Origin: Faecousia sp.
GTDB taxonomy: Bacteria; Bacillota; Clostridia; Oscillospirales; Oscillospiraceae
Length of the DNA: 64,000 bases
Assembly: GCA_045538605.1 (NCBI GenBank)
Contig: JAZSRR010000065.1
Location: 6,692-70,691 of the forward strand
Direction: 5' to 3'
Shown: positions 46,825-57,094 of the stretch, one piece after another
Layout: every line of letters begins with the position of its first letter
Position numbering within the stretch: the stretch's first letter is position 1
Position numbers and translations under genes: made by a program
The notes under the pieces: model-generated
Seen by the model: only the letters and a program-made list of their open reading frames with translations
Databases searched by the model: none
What the model was told of the DNA's origin: nothing

Positions 46825-47709
46825 TTATGCTTTTGGATGACATTTTTCATATACGGTTTTCAGTTTTTGATTAATAAGGTGCGTATACAGCTGTGTAGAA
46901 GAAATATCTCTATGTCCCATCAGTTCCTGCAAGGAGCCCAAGTCAGCACCGTTTTCCAACAAATGAACTGCAAAACTATGGCGAAGCGTGTGGGGTGTGA
47001 TATCCTTTTCAATATGTGCTGCATCCTGATAATATTTCAGGATCTTCCAGAAACCCTGGCGGCTCATACGCATACCATTTACATTAACAAATAATGCAGG
47101 TTCTGATGTGGACGCAAGCATACCACTGCGAATATCCCGGAGATAAACACTCAAAGCTTTTAACGCAGCCGGATACAACGGGATAACGCGAGATTTTTTG
47201 GAGCTGTTGCATTTGATAATCCCCTGCTCCAGATTAACATCTTCCACATTCAACTCCACCAGTTCGCTGACACGGATACCGGTTGCATACATCAGTTCCA
47301 GCATTGCCTTGTCTCGGTAGCCCTTGGCATCTACACAAACAGGCTGTGCCAAGAGTAACTCGATTTCGCGACCGGACAGAATCTGCGGCATCTTCTTCTC
47401 TCCCCTGTCGATACGGATATCCGTAACCGGCGTTTTCTCCAGGAAACCAGAGGAAACCAAATATGCAAAGAAGTTCTTTAGACTTGCCAAACTTCTGGAT
47501 ATAGTTGCACCGGTGCGTCCGTCATCCTTCAGATGGTCCAGAAAATCGGAAATATTCAGTTGTGTCGCATCCATAACATCCAAATTCTTGTTATTGCGGA
47601 GCCAGTTTGAAAATTGGCGAATATCCCGCATATACGAAGATATTGTGTTGGAGGATGCCTGCTTTACCTTTGAAAGATAATTTTCATAGGCCTGAACCAA
47701 ATCCAACAT
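46825..47709 (-). CDS. xerD: Tyrosine recombinase XerD
   Basis: RDKAMLELMYATGIRVSEL, SRQGFWK, TPHTLRHSFA.HLLENGAD, MGH.DISSTQLY. Confidence 0.9.
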   Translation of the reverse strand: MLDLVQAYENYLSKVKQASSNTISSYMRDIRQFSNWLRNNKNLDVMDATQLNISDFLDHLKDDGRTGATISRSLASLKNFFAYLVSSGFLEKTPVTDIRIDRGEKKMPQILSGREIELLLAQPVCVDAKGYRDKAMLELMYATGIRVSELVELNVEDVNLEQGIIKCNSSKKSRVIPLYPAALKALSVYLRDIRSGMLASTSEPALFVNVNGMRMSRQGFWKILKYYQDAAHIEKDITPHTLRHSFAVHLLENGADLGSLQELMGHRDISSTQLYTHLINQKLKTVYEKCHPKA

Positions 47710-47736
47710 TTGAACACGTTAACCTTTCTAAAAGAA

Positions 47737-48240
47737 TTATCGTAAGAGTGAAATCCCAAAAGGCGAAATCACACAACAATCAATACAACCAATCAGCAAT
47801 GTAAAGATCAAGCTAATTAATGTGTCATTCTTCAGACGCTCTACCCTGCTATTCACATTGCGATACCAATACCATATAAGAATCACCGCAACAAAGGTAT
47901 CTGTAAAAAGCAGCAACAGTCGCAATAGCCAACCGGCACTGTGAAAACAAATCATTATGCAGCCGGAACACCAGCTATAGGAAAAGGCCTTAATAAATGC
48001 TAGCGGAACAACAAGTGCCGGTAAGGATAAACGAAAGAATAGCGTAGATAGCAAAAATGGAGCAATGAGCATCATCAAAAAGCCAATAACTGAAATACGG
48101 CTACTGAACACCGAATGCATCCAAGTGATGTCAAAAGAGTTTAGATGCGCGAATAACGCCCCAGTAGTAAGACCTGCAAGCCATCCGCCAAAAATACAAA
48201 TGCGGCACACGTTTCCCTTTACATCAGCGCGGTTCACCAA
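47737..48240 (-). CDS. Membrane protein, SpoIIM-like by position
   Basis: Multi-TM 167 aa directly upstream of xerD; GGAGG RBS; TTGATT-17-TATAGT promoter at 48335-48363. Confidence 0.5.
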   Translation of the reverse strand: MVNRADVKGNVCRICIFGGWLAGLTTGALFAHLNSFDITWMHSVFSSRISVIGFLMMLIAPFLLSTLFFRLSLPALVVPLAFIKAFSYSWCSGCIMICFHSAGWLLRLLLLFTDTFVAVILIWYWYRNVNSRVERLKNDTLISLIFTLLIGCIDCCVISPFGISLLR

Positions 48241-48576
48241 TTAAAACCTCCAAAGCAAATATGTAAGGAATTGGTGAAGCATAAAAGAACATAACATCCG
48301 AAATGCAAAATTCAGAATTTACATATGCTCAATTACTATACACCAAAAGACAAGTAAAATCAAGAAAAAAATGGACAAAATTTCTATTTTTCTTTATTTC
48401 GTCCACATTTTATGTTAACAGTGTTATGTAAACACTTCTTGTTTATATGGACAAAATTTCACTTTTGACAATATGTTGCGGGAGTGTTTGTGAATCGGCA
48501 CAACATATTGTCTTGCAAGTCTTCCGTCAAAAAATGCCCTACTTATGAATATAGTTAATGTTTTGTACTTTTTTAA

Positions 48577-49002
48577 TCATCTGTGAGGTCTGTTTCTGTT
48601 TTTAACTCTACTTCTCTGCCTATTCCGAGTACAAACCAGAATTGCAGCAATACAACCTACAATACAAGCAGCTAGTCCTGAAATTGATCTTCCGCTTATT
48701 CCGTCAAATAGCAATATCCCTGCTGCCATTGCAATCACAAAATAGGCTCCTGCAGAAATAACACAGGTTAACGCTTTATTCTCTGACACCATTCCTCCTG
48801 TGAAACAGCATCCAAACAAGACAGCAACAAAACTTATGATCGGCGCAATATAATCTAGCGCATCATAGATAATATGCTCACCCGATACAAATGTCGCAGC
48901 TATAGCTATGAGCACAGTTGCAACAACAAGCATTATGGAAAATCCAATCATAATGGCTTTTGCTGCCGATATATTGCCGTTTTTCCTTTTTACTTGCTTC
49001 AT
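48577..49002 (-). CDS. TIGR04086-like four-TM membrane protein
   Basis: Four hydrophobic helices, basic C-terminal tail. Confidence 0.6.
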   Translation of the reverse strand: MKQVKRKNGNISAAKAIMIGFSIMLVVATVLIAIAATFVSGEHIIYDALDYIAPIISFVAVLFGCCFTGGMVSENKALTCVISAGAYFVIAMAAGILLFDGISGRSISGLAACIVGCIAAILVCTRNRQRSRVKNRNRPHR

Positions 49003-49092
49003 ACATTTCCCTCCCCTTTTAATTCATCCTATTCAACGGATGCAAAAAAATACCTGAGGCACTTCAATTCGCCTCAGGTATTTTTTGTATAA

Positions 49093-50787
49093 TCAGTTGG
49101 ACATTTGCTTTACCATTTCATCTAACAGCAGTTGGGCATCTTGTTTCGTCTTACCAACTGCCGTATAGTAAAACTTAACTTTCGGCTCTGTTCCGGAAGG
49201 ACGGGCAATCACGCTTCCCTGATCACCCAACAAGAATTCCAGCACATTTGATTTCGGAAGCGGAATCTCTGATTGAACCCCTGTCTGTAAATCAGTTGCT
49301 ACACCGGATTTGTAATCCCGAACACCGGTTACTACTGCACCACCAATGGACTGCGGCACGCATTGACGCAGGTCAGACATCATCTTTGCCGCCTTTGCCA
49401 TAGCATCCGCACCGCTCAATTCAATGCTCTGAACATATGCCAGGTAGTAACCAAACTGCTCATAGAGCTCATCCAGCGCATCCAGAATAGTTTTCCCCTC
49501 CAATTTTAAGGAAGCAGCCAATTCACAGACCAGCATAGAGGCTACAACAGCATCCTTATCCCGGGCATAAGTTCCCTTCAGGTAGCCACAGCTTTCTTCA
49601 AAGCCAAATATAAACTTATCTTCCTGATTCTTATTTTCCAGCTCTAGTATCTCTCCGCCAATGTACTTAAATCCAGTCAGAACTGCTTTCATCGTTACAC
49701 CGTAGTGCTCTGCAACTCTGTCAGCCAAGGGCGAGGATACAATACTGCGAATAACAATCGCCTCTTCCGGGATATCCATTTTTTCAGTACGTGCCTTCAA
49801 AATGTAATCCATCAAGAGGCATCCAAGCTCGTTGCCGGACAATTTCTTAAAATTATCACTCTCCGGAACAGCAATTGCCACACGATCGCAGTCAGGATCT
49901 GTACCAAGAATGACATCACAGGGTGTATTTCTGGCAACCTTATAACTTTCGTTCAGCGCAGCATCTGTTTCCGGATTGGGATATTCGCAGGTTTTAAAAT
50001 CACCGTCAGGCTGCTCCTGACATGAAACGACTGAAATATTGACTCCCAGGCGTCCAAGAACTTCACGGACGGGCTCATTTCCGGTTCCGCAAAGGGGCGT
50101 ATAAACAACATTCAGACCGGACTGCCGAATTTTCTCAGGCGCAACCGCTTCATTCAGAACAGTCTCATAATAGGTTTCCCACAAATTTTGTTCAATGTAG
50201 GAGATCATACCATCCTGCATAAAAGCATTAAATGACTTCTCCTCCGGAACAAAGTACGGAATCGAGCGAATTTTTTCCGTTACAACTGCCGCAGGTTTAT
50301 CTGTCATCTGACATCCATCAGGACCGTAGCATTTTACACCGTTATATTCACCGGCATTATGACTGGCAGAAATCACAATACCGCAGCCGCATTTCAGCTC
50401 CCGAACCGCATAAGAAAGCATCGGTGTAGGCGCAAGCCTGTCAAACAAATAAGTATGAATTCCCGCCTCCGCAAAAGCAACCGCGCAAGCCTCTGCAAAG
50501 CTGGCAGAATTATGGCGTGAATCGTATCCAATAGCAGCCTTTTGAGGCAAATCCGTTGAAGACAACCAAGCAGCCATACCCTGTGCAGCGCGACGAACGG
50601 TATAATAATTCAAGCGATTGCTGCCGACACCCATAATACCACGCATGCCTGCTGTTCCAAACTGCAGATCCGTGCCAAAACGACCCTTCAGCTCCTCCTC
50701 GTTACCGGAAAGGCTTTCCAGCTCCTTTTGAACCGCTTTGGGTAAACCGGCCTGACACCAAAACTTATAATTTTCCAAATAATGCAT
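49093..50787 (-). CDS. pgm: Phosphoglucomutase/phosphomannomutase
   Basis: FGTAGMRG, ISASHN, DPDCDR, FEES.G, RPSGTEPK.K.Y. Confidence 0.93.
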   Translation of the reverse strand: MHYLENYKFWCQAGLPKAVQKELESLSGNEEELKGRFGTDLQFGTAGMRGIMGVGSNRLNYYTVRRAAQGMAAWLSSTDLPQKAAIGYDSRHNSASFAEACAVAFAEAGIHTYLFDRLAPTPMLSYAVRELKCGCGIVISASHNAGEYNGVKCYGPDGCQMTDKPAAVVTEKIRSIPYFVPEEKSFNAFMQDGMISYIEQNLWETYYETVLNEAVAPEKIRQSGLNVVYTPLCGTGNEPVREVLGRLGVNISVVSCQEQPDGDFKTCEYPNPETDAALNESYKVARNTPCDVILGTDPDCDRVAIAVPESDNFKKLSGNELGCLLMDYILKARTEKMDIPEEAIVIRSIVSSPLADRVAEHYGVTMKAVLTGFKYIGGEILELENKNQEDKFIFGFEESCGYLKGTYARDKDAVVASMLVCELAASLKLEGKTILDALDELYEQFGYYLAYVQSIELSGADAMAKAAKMMSDLRQCVPQSIGGAVVTGVRDYKSGVATDLQTGVQSEIPLPKSNVLEFLLGDQGSVIARPSGTEPKVKFYYTAVGKTKQDAQLLLDEMVKQMSN

Positions 50788-50844
50788 ATATAACCTCCAG
50801 CAGATTCAAAAAACAGCCCAATAAATTGAGCTGTTTTCTGTATA

Positions 50845-51351
50845 TTACTCCTCAATATCCAGAGCAACAGTTCCGGACTTCTTTTCTTGGTTCTCAATCA
50901 AAACCTTAAATTTAGTACGGGTATCCCTTACATCCTCCAGAGAAAGCGCAATAGCTTCCTCTGTGCGGCGCAGGGCATCGTCCATATAGTCATTGCTTGC
51001 CTTGCGCAGGTCGGCAATACGATTCTGGGTCTGCAACACCATTTCCTGGCACTGACGCTTTGCTTCCTGATAGATAGCCTCTTCTTCCACCATCTTATCA
51101 GCCTTTTCCTGTGCCTGACGAATCAGAGCTTCTGCCTCACGACGAGCCTGACCGATCAATTCATTACGGGATTCCACGATCGTGCGAGCTTGCTTCAGCT
51201 CAACAGGAAGCTGGGCAATGATCTCATCAAGCATATCCAGAACCTTGTCCCGCTCAACGATACACTTATCTGCGCCCAAAGGCAGCGCTCTCGCATCCTG
51301 AACTACATCGTACAACGCTGAGATGATATCTTCGATATTTTGCTCATTCAT
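50845..51351 (-). CDS. Conserved coiled-coil (DivIVA-like) protein
   Basis: LP.EL.QA..I...R..I...A..EA pattern; conserved position downstream of coaD. Confidence 0.7.
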   Translation of the reverse strand: MNEQNIEDIISALYDVVQDARALPLGADKCIVERDKVLDMLDEIIAQLPVELKQARTIVESRNELIGQARREAEALIRQAQEKADKMVEEEAIYQEAKRQCQEMVLQTQNRIADLRKASNDYMDDALRRTEEAIALSLEDVRDTRTKFKVLIENQEKKSGTVALDIEE

Positions 51352-51851
51352 TTTCTATTTCCTCCTTGGTTTAGGGCAGCAATTCGCCGCTTAAAATCCG
51401 GGATTATTTGTTCCGGCAAGAAATCTGACAAATCCACGTCGAAACTGCCTAATTCCTTGACCGTGCTGGAACTTAAATACATATACTGATGCTCCGCTGT
51501 CAGGAACATTGTATCCAGTGTGGGGTTGATTTTATGATTAATCAGCGCCATCTGAAATTCATTTTCAAAATCAGAACCGGCACGCAAACCTTTTACAATT
51601 ACACAGCTACCTTTTCGTTTTGCGTATTCCGCCAAAAGTTCGTCCGAGGAATCAACCTCTACATTTTCGATATCTCCAAGCACCCGCTGAATCATTTCAA
51701 CCCTTTCGTTCCTGGAAAACATCGGTGTTTTACTGTGGTTTACCATTACACAAACGATTAAACGGTCAAATATGTTCGCTGCGCGGCGAATGATATTCAA
51801 ATGTCCGCTGGTAATTGGGTCAAAGCTGCCGGGGTAAATGGCAATCTTCAT
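51348..51851 (-). CDS. coaD: Pantetheine-phosphate adenylyltransferase
   Basis: YPGSFDPIT.GH, KGLR...DFE.E, LSSS.VKE. Confidence 0.96.
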   Translation of the reverse strand: MKIAIYPGSFDPITSGHLNIIRRAANIFDRLIVCVMVNHSKTPMFSRNERVEMIQRVLGDIENVEVDSSDELLAEYAKRKGSCVIVKGLRAGSDFENEFQMALINHKINPTLDTMFLTAEHQYMYLSSSTVKELGSFDVDLSDFLPEQIIPDFKRRIAALNQGGNRK

Positions 51852-52411
51852 AGAACCCTTTCTTTGTAGCACTCCTTACGGAAAAGAGCAAGTAAAGTGT
51901 TTCCGTATTTATAATCCTTTGAGCGTTGATAGCCTGGAAAATCTAACGAAAGTTCCTTCCCTACTGGTCGCTCTGTTGCTATTATACCACCAGATTGTAA
52001 AATGTCAATTTCTGTTATCAAATTTATTGAATTTTCTAAAAAAATCTCAGCATAAGGCGGGTCAAGCAGAATAATGTGGAACTTTTCTTTGCAGTTTTTC
52101 AAAAATGCAGCATAGTCGCAACATATTACTGTCCCCTGCTCGGATAAGCCCGTTCGGCGCAAATTCTCCTGAATTATCCGGCAGGCATCTTTTCGGGCAT
52201 CCACAAAAACCGCTTGTCTCGCTCCCCTGCTCAGCGCCTCAATACCAAGCTGACCCGTGCCGCCAAACAAATCTAGAACAGTCGCTCCGGGTAATTCAAA
52301 TTGTAAAATACTGAAAAGCGCTTCCTTTACCCGGTCGGATGTGGGTCTGGTTAACATACCATCCGGCGCTTTTAGAACAGTTCCTCTTGCTGTTCCGGAA
52401 ATTACACGCAT
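51848..52411 (-). CDS. rsmD: 16S rRNA m2G966 methyltransferase
   Basis: MRVISG, RPTSDRVKEALF, LDLFGGTG, DPPY. Confidence 0.95.
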   Translation of the reverse strand: MRVISGTARGTVLKAPDGMLTRPTSDRVKEALFSILQFELPGATVLDLFGGTGQLGIEALSRGARQAVFVDARKDACRIIQENLRRTGLSEQGTVICCDYAAFLKNCKEKFHIILLDPPYAEIFLENSINLITEIDILQSGGIIATERPVGKELSLDFPGYQRSKDYKYGNTLLALFRKECYKERVL

Positions 52412-52422
52412 CCCATTCCTCC

Positions 52423-54234
52423 TTATGGCAGTTCTTTGTGAAAATGGTCATACACAGCCGTCGCTGCATCTTTTGGCAGATATTGTTCTAACTCAAAAAG
52501 CGACGCATTTTCAATTGCTTTTAGTGATTGAAACTTCCTTAATAACAGCCGCTTTCTTTTCTCTCCAATACCGGGTATCCCATCTAATCTGGAATGCTTC
52601 AAACGATTGCTGCGAAGTTTCTTATGATAGGAAATTGCAAAACGGTGCGTTTCTTCCTGAATAGTACCAATGAAGGAAAACACCGCTTGATTATTGTCGA
52701 TGGCGATCTCCTGCCCCTGTGGGCCAACCAGCGCCCTTGTGCGGTGCCGATCATCCTTCACCATTCCGTATGTCGGAATCACAAGATTAAGCTCCTGCAG
52801 GGCGCGCAGCGCCGTCTGCAGATGCGCCGCGCCGCCGTCTATCAGCAGAAGATCCGGTTTCTCATCAAATCCTGTATCATCCTGCAAATAATGTTGAAAC
52901 CGACGGGTGAGCACCTGCTGCATAGCGGCATAGTCGTTCTGTCCTTCTATATCCCTTATCTTAAATCGTTTATATTCGCTTCGTCTGGGTTTTCCGTTTA
53001 TAAACACAACCATTCCACCAACTGTGTCTGTTCCGGAAATATTGGAAATATCAAATGCTTCAATTCGTTTTGGGTTATTGATCTTCAGCATGTTTCCAAG
53101 GGTTGAAACAGCAAAGTTTATTTTTTCTTCCAAACCGGTAACCCGATCAACCTCCTGCTGTGCATTGGTGATCGCCATGTCCAAAAGCTTGCGCTTGTCG
53201 CCTCGCACCGGCACTTTAATATACGTCTTCCGAGAAAACTTTTGCTGCAGCAGCTCCTCAAACAGCTGTGCATCCTCCGTTTGATAGGGCATCAACACAA
53301 TCTTTGGCGCAAAACCTCTGGCTAAATAGTACTGCTTCATCAATGCAGAGACCGCAGCCAGCGGTTCTTCTGCAGCAGAGATAACTTTATACTCCTTATC
53401 GATGAGCTTTCCATCAGAAAAATGCAAGACTGTGAAGCACGACTTTGTTTCGCTTTGGGCAAAACCAATGGCGTCCAAATCCGCTGTATCACCGGCGGTA
53501 ACGATTTGTTTCCGCCCCAGTGCCTCCACTGCCTGCAAACGATCGCGCAGGGAAGCTGCTAACTCAAAATTCATTTCATCCGACGCACTTAGCATCTGCG
53601 CACGAAGGTCATTTGCAACAGACTTATAGTTTCCTTGGAGCAAGGACTTTGCCTGTAAGATCCGTTGTCGATACAGGTCTCTTGATTGACGATTTTGACA
53701 CCAGCCTGCGCATTGCTTCATATGAAAATGCAGGCATTCCCTCCCCTTTCCGATTTCCCCAGGGAGTTTTTTGCTACATCCGGGCAGCTGCAACGCGATT
53801 TGAATGGATTCTAAAATGTTGTTGGTTACACCACGGCTTCCAAACGGTCCAAAATATTCTGCACCATCGTCGGCCGGCGCGTTAACCATTGTAATTCTGG
53901 GATAATCCTGTCGCATATCCAGCCGCAAATACGGGTAGCCTTTATCGTCTTTAAGCAAAATATTATATTTGGGCATATATTGCTTAATTAAGGAACATTC
54001 CAAAATCAAGGCCTCAAATTCAGTCGCAGCGACAATCACATCAAAGGATCGAACGCTGGCGACCATCTGCATTGTTTTAAGGCTATGATTGGAACCGGAT
54101 TGAAAATACTGCGTTACACGATTCTTTAATTTCTTTGCTTTTCCGACATAAATAACCTTGCCCTGTGAATCTTTCATTAAATAAACACCCGGAGACAAGG
54201 GCAACGATAGCGCTTTTTCCTTTAATTTATCCAT
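52423..54234 (-). CDS. uvrC: Excinuclease ABC subunit C
   Basis: PGVYLM..IYVGKAK, FDISN, LIDGG, HRFAI, HhH GIG. Confidence 0.96.
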   Translation of the reverse strand: MDKLKEKALSLPLSPGVYLMKDSQGKVIYVGKAKKLKNRVTQYFQSGSNHSLKTMQMVASVRSFDVIVAATEFEALILECSLIKQYMPKYNILLKDDKGYPYLRLDMRQDYPRITMVNAPADDGAEYFGPFGSRGVTNNILESIQIALQLPGCSKKLPGEIGKGRECLHFHMKQCAGWCQNRQSRDLYRQRILQAKSLLQGNYKSVANDLRAQMLSASDEMNFELAASLRDRLQAVEALGRKQIVTAGDTADLDAIGFAQSETKSCFTVLHFSDGKLIDKEYKVISAAEEPLAAVSALMKQYYLARGFAPKIVLMPYQTEDAQLFEELLQQKFSRKTYIKVPVRGDKRKLLDMAITNAQQEVDRVTGLEEKINFAVSTLGNMLKINNPKRIEAFDISNISGTDTVGGMVVFINGKPRRSEYKRFKIRDIEGQNDYAAMQQVLTRRFQHYLQDDTGFDEKPDLLLIDGGAAHLQTALRALQELNLVIPTYGMVKDDRHRTRALVGPQGQEIAIDNNQAVFSFIGTIQEETHRFAISYHKKLRSNRLKHSRLDGIPGIGEKRKRLLLRKFQSLKAIENASLFELEQYLPKDAATAVYDHFHKELP

Positions 54235-54307
54235 TATTATTCATTCCCTAAAAAAGACCGCCTCAATGCGTTTACAAGCGGCACTGAGGCGGAATACAGA
54301 ACAACTA

Positions 54308-54568
54308 TCAATAAACATCACGCTGAAGGAGCTCTTCAAGTGCAGTAACCGCAGCCTCAGCATTGTTGCCTTCAGCTGTTAAGGTAACGGTTACCCCGGT
54401 TACAACGCCCAGAGACATAATACCCAACAGACTTTTTGCATTCATTCGGCGGCTTCCGGTGCTTACCCAGACATTACAATCAAACTCATTGGCTTTTTGA
54501 ACAAAATAAGTAGCCTGCTTATTATGCAATCCGGATTCGCAGCGAACAACTACATCCTTTGTAAACAT
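54308..54568 (-). CDS. HPr family phosphocarrier protein
   Basis: GLH at His15 and NAKSLLGIMSLG (Ser46); AAGGAG RBS. Confidence 0.88.
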   Translation of the reverse strand: MFTKDVVVRCESGLHNKQATYFVQKANEFDCNVWVSTGSRRMNAKSLLGIMSLGVVTGVTVTLTAEGNNAEAAVTALEELLQRDVY

Positions 54569-54701
54569 TACGAATACGCTCCTTTTGCAGCACATTATAC
54601 ATATAAATACTGTGTATATGATACCAAATCCAAAAAAAATGTCAACTGATTTTTGGGATTCCGGGACAAAAAACAAATAAAACTAAAAATTTTACAATTT
54701 T

Positions 54702-57080
54702 TTAACAAAATTCTGCGATTGTTACGCCGTCTTCCCCTTCCCCATATACACCGAGTCGATATTTTTTGACAAACTTATTCTTTTTCAGACATTGCTGAAC
54801 TGCAGTACGCAAAATGCCGGTTCCCTTACCGTGAATAATCCGAACAGACGGAATATTGCTGCGCATCGCTTCATCCAAATACCGTTCCAGTACACAGATC
54901 GCTTCAACAGAATCCATACCCCGAAGGTCAACTTCCTGCGCCATAGCTGTCGTCTTCATCTGGCGTCCGGAATGGGCAGGTCTTGTAGGCTTCGGTTTAT
55001 AAGCATTCTCATTCTCCAACAAATAGACCTCATCCGGCTTTGCCGTCAGCTTTAAAACACCTGCTTGCAGTAAATAGCTTCCATCTTTGTTGATAGAAAT
55101 CACATTTGCTTTCGTACCCAGCTTCAGGAGTTCAACGGTATCGCCGACAATAATAGCTCTGCTCGGAGCCTTACGCACCTGATCTTCCTTGCCGAAGCGC
55201 AACTTCGCTTCCGCTTCATTGAGGTTGCGGCGCAGCTCTGCCTGCCGTTGGTTGATACCTTGCAGATCGCCATCTTCAGACAACTGTTTTTTTAGTGCCT
55301 TGATTTCATCGGTAGCAGCATTTGCGGTTCTGCGTGCATCTTCAATAATTCTCTGTGCCTGCAAACGAGCCTGTTCCAGTGCCTTCTCCCGTTCCTCCGC
55401 AATTTGCTGACTGTATTGCTCACTTTGCTTCCTGATCTTCTCTGTTTCTTTCTGCAGATGCTGCGCTTCCAATCGCGCCTGCTCCATCTGCTGACGCTGC
55501 TGCTCCAATTGAGTAAGAACATCCTCGAAATTCTTATCGTTTTGACCAACCAAGTCAGACGCAGACTTCAGAATATCCTCCGAAAGTCCCAATCTTCTGG
55601 AAATAGCAAAAGCGTTGGATCTTCCCGGCACGCCAATTAACAACCTGTAGGTTGGCTGCAGAGTCTCCACATCAAACTCACAGGAGGCGTTGATTACACC
55701 TGCTGTACGCATCGCATATAGTTTTAACTCCGCATAATGGGTCGTCGCTGCAACGCAACATCCCATTTTTCTGCAATATTCAATCAGCGCTACTGCCAAT
55801 GCAGCGCCTTCAGCCGGGTCCGTTCCGGCACCAAGCTCATCAAATAAAACCAATGTCCGGTTATCACACTGCTCCACAATATCGACAATAGTGCGCATAT
55901 GACTGGAAAATGTGGAAAGGCTCTGGGCGATGGATTGCTCATCACCGATATCCGCTAAAATGGCGTCAAAAGTGGACAAGCAACTGCCGTCTCCGGCTGG
56001 AATATGCAAGCCGCACTCAGCCATTAGAGTCAAAAGGCCAATAGTCTTCAGCGTAACAGTTTTGCCACCGGTGTTAGGTCCGGTAATAATCATTGTATCG
56101 AAATCGGAACCTAATCGTAGGGACACCGGAACAACTGTTTTCTGGCTGATTAGTGGGTGGCGGGCGTTGCGCAAATCGATTTTGCCCCGGTCATTTACTT
56201 CCGGCGCCCAGGCTTTCATCTGGTACGCAAGCTTTGCCTTAGCAAAAATCACATCTAACTGAACCAATATTGATACATTGTCCGTTATTGCTTCTTTATA
56301 TGCCGCACACATTGCAGAAAGTTCCGCTAAGATTCGCTCGATTTCCTTCTTCTCCTGTAACTGCAGCTCACGCAGAACATTATTGGCGCTGACGGCAGAC
56401 ATCGGCTCAATAAAATAAGTAGAACCGGTACCGGAAACATCGTGCACAAGACCCGGAATATCATTTTTGCATTCACTTTTAACCGGAACTACATAACGTC
56501 CCTGGCGAATGGTAATGATCGGCTCTCTTAAGAATTTAGAATAAGAAGCAGAGGAAATAATTTTTTGCAGGCCGTCTCGGATTTTTCCACTTTGGATTCG
56601 CATATGCCTGCGAATTTCCCCAAGTTCCGGACTTGCTGTATCCGCAAGCTCCTCTTCCGATAAAATGCAGTGAATGATCCGCTCCTCCAGAAATTTATTG
56701 GGCTGCAAGCAGCGGAACAAGACATCGAGAACCGAACTGGTATCCTCTTTATCCATATAAGATTTTACTGTGCGCGTGCAACGGAGGACACTAGCGATCT
56801 GAAGCAACTCCTTCATTTGCAGGCATCCGCCCCGATCAGCACGATCCAGGTAAGCAGATACATCATAAACGCCGCTAAAATTCAAATTTCCGTTGCGCGT
56901 TGTCAAATCAACAGCCGCCGTTGTTTCTGCAAGACGCATCTTTACATCATCCAAATCTGATGATGGCAGCAACTGAAGACATGTAGTTTTGCCCAGTTGG
57001 CTTCCGGCACAGGAAGCCAACTGGGATAAAATTTGATTAAGCTCCAATTTTAATATAGAACGCCGGTATAAGTCAGACAT
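54702..57080 (-). CDS. mutS2: Endonuclease MutS2
   Basis: ITGPNTGGKT, QSLSTFSSH, DELGAGTDP, C-terminal Smr (IIHGKGTG). Confidence 0.96.
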   Translation of the reverse strand: MSDLYRRSILKLELNQILSQLASCAGSQLGKTTCLQLLPSSDLDDVKMRLAETTAAVDLTTRNGNLNFSGVYDVSAYLDRADRGGCLQMKELLQIASVLRCTRTVKSYMDKEDTSSVLDVLFRCLQPNKFLEERIIHCILSEEELADTASPELGEIRRHMRIQSGKIRDGLQKIISSASYSKFLREPIITIRQGRYVVPVKSECKNDIPGLVHDVSGTGSTYFIEPMSAVSANNVLRELQLQEKKEIERILAELSAMCAAYKEAITDNVSILVQLDVIFAKAKLAYQMKAWAPEVNDRGKIDLRNARHPLISQKTVVPVSLRLGSDFDTMIITGPNTGGKTVTLKTIGLLTLMAECGLHIPAGDGSCLSTFDAILADIGDEQSIAQSLSTFSSHMRTIVDIVEQCDNRTLVLFDELGAGTDPAEGAALAVALIEYCRKMGCCVAATTHYAELKLYAMRTAGVINASCEFDVETLQPTYRLLIGVPGRSNAFAISRRLGLSEDILKSASDLVGQNDKNFEDVLTQLEQQRQQMEQARLEAQHLQKETEKIRKQSEQYSQQIAEEREKALEQARLQAQRIIEDARRTANAATDEIKALKKQLSEDGDLQGINQRQAELRRNLNEAEAKLRFGKEDQVRKAPSRAIIVGDTVELLKLGTKANVISINKDGSYLLQAGVLKLTAKPDEVYLLENENAYKPKPTRPAHSGRQMKTTAMAQEVDLRGMDSVEAICVLERYLDEAMRSNIPSVRIIHGKGTGILRTAVQQCLKKNKFVKKYRLGVYGEGEDGVTIAEFC

Positions 57081-57094
57081 AGGCTTCTCCTAAA

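Noticed and set aside
48393-48434. Complete dif site
   Set aside because: Only XerD-like arms in direct repeat; no XerC arm at 6-bp spacing
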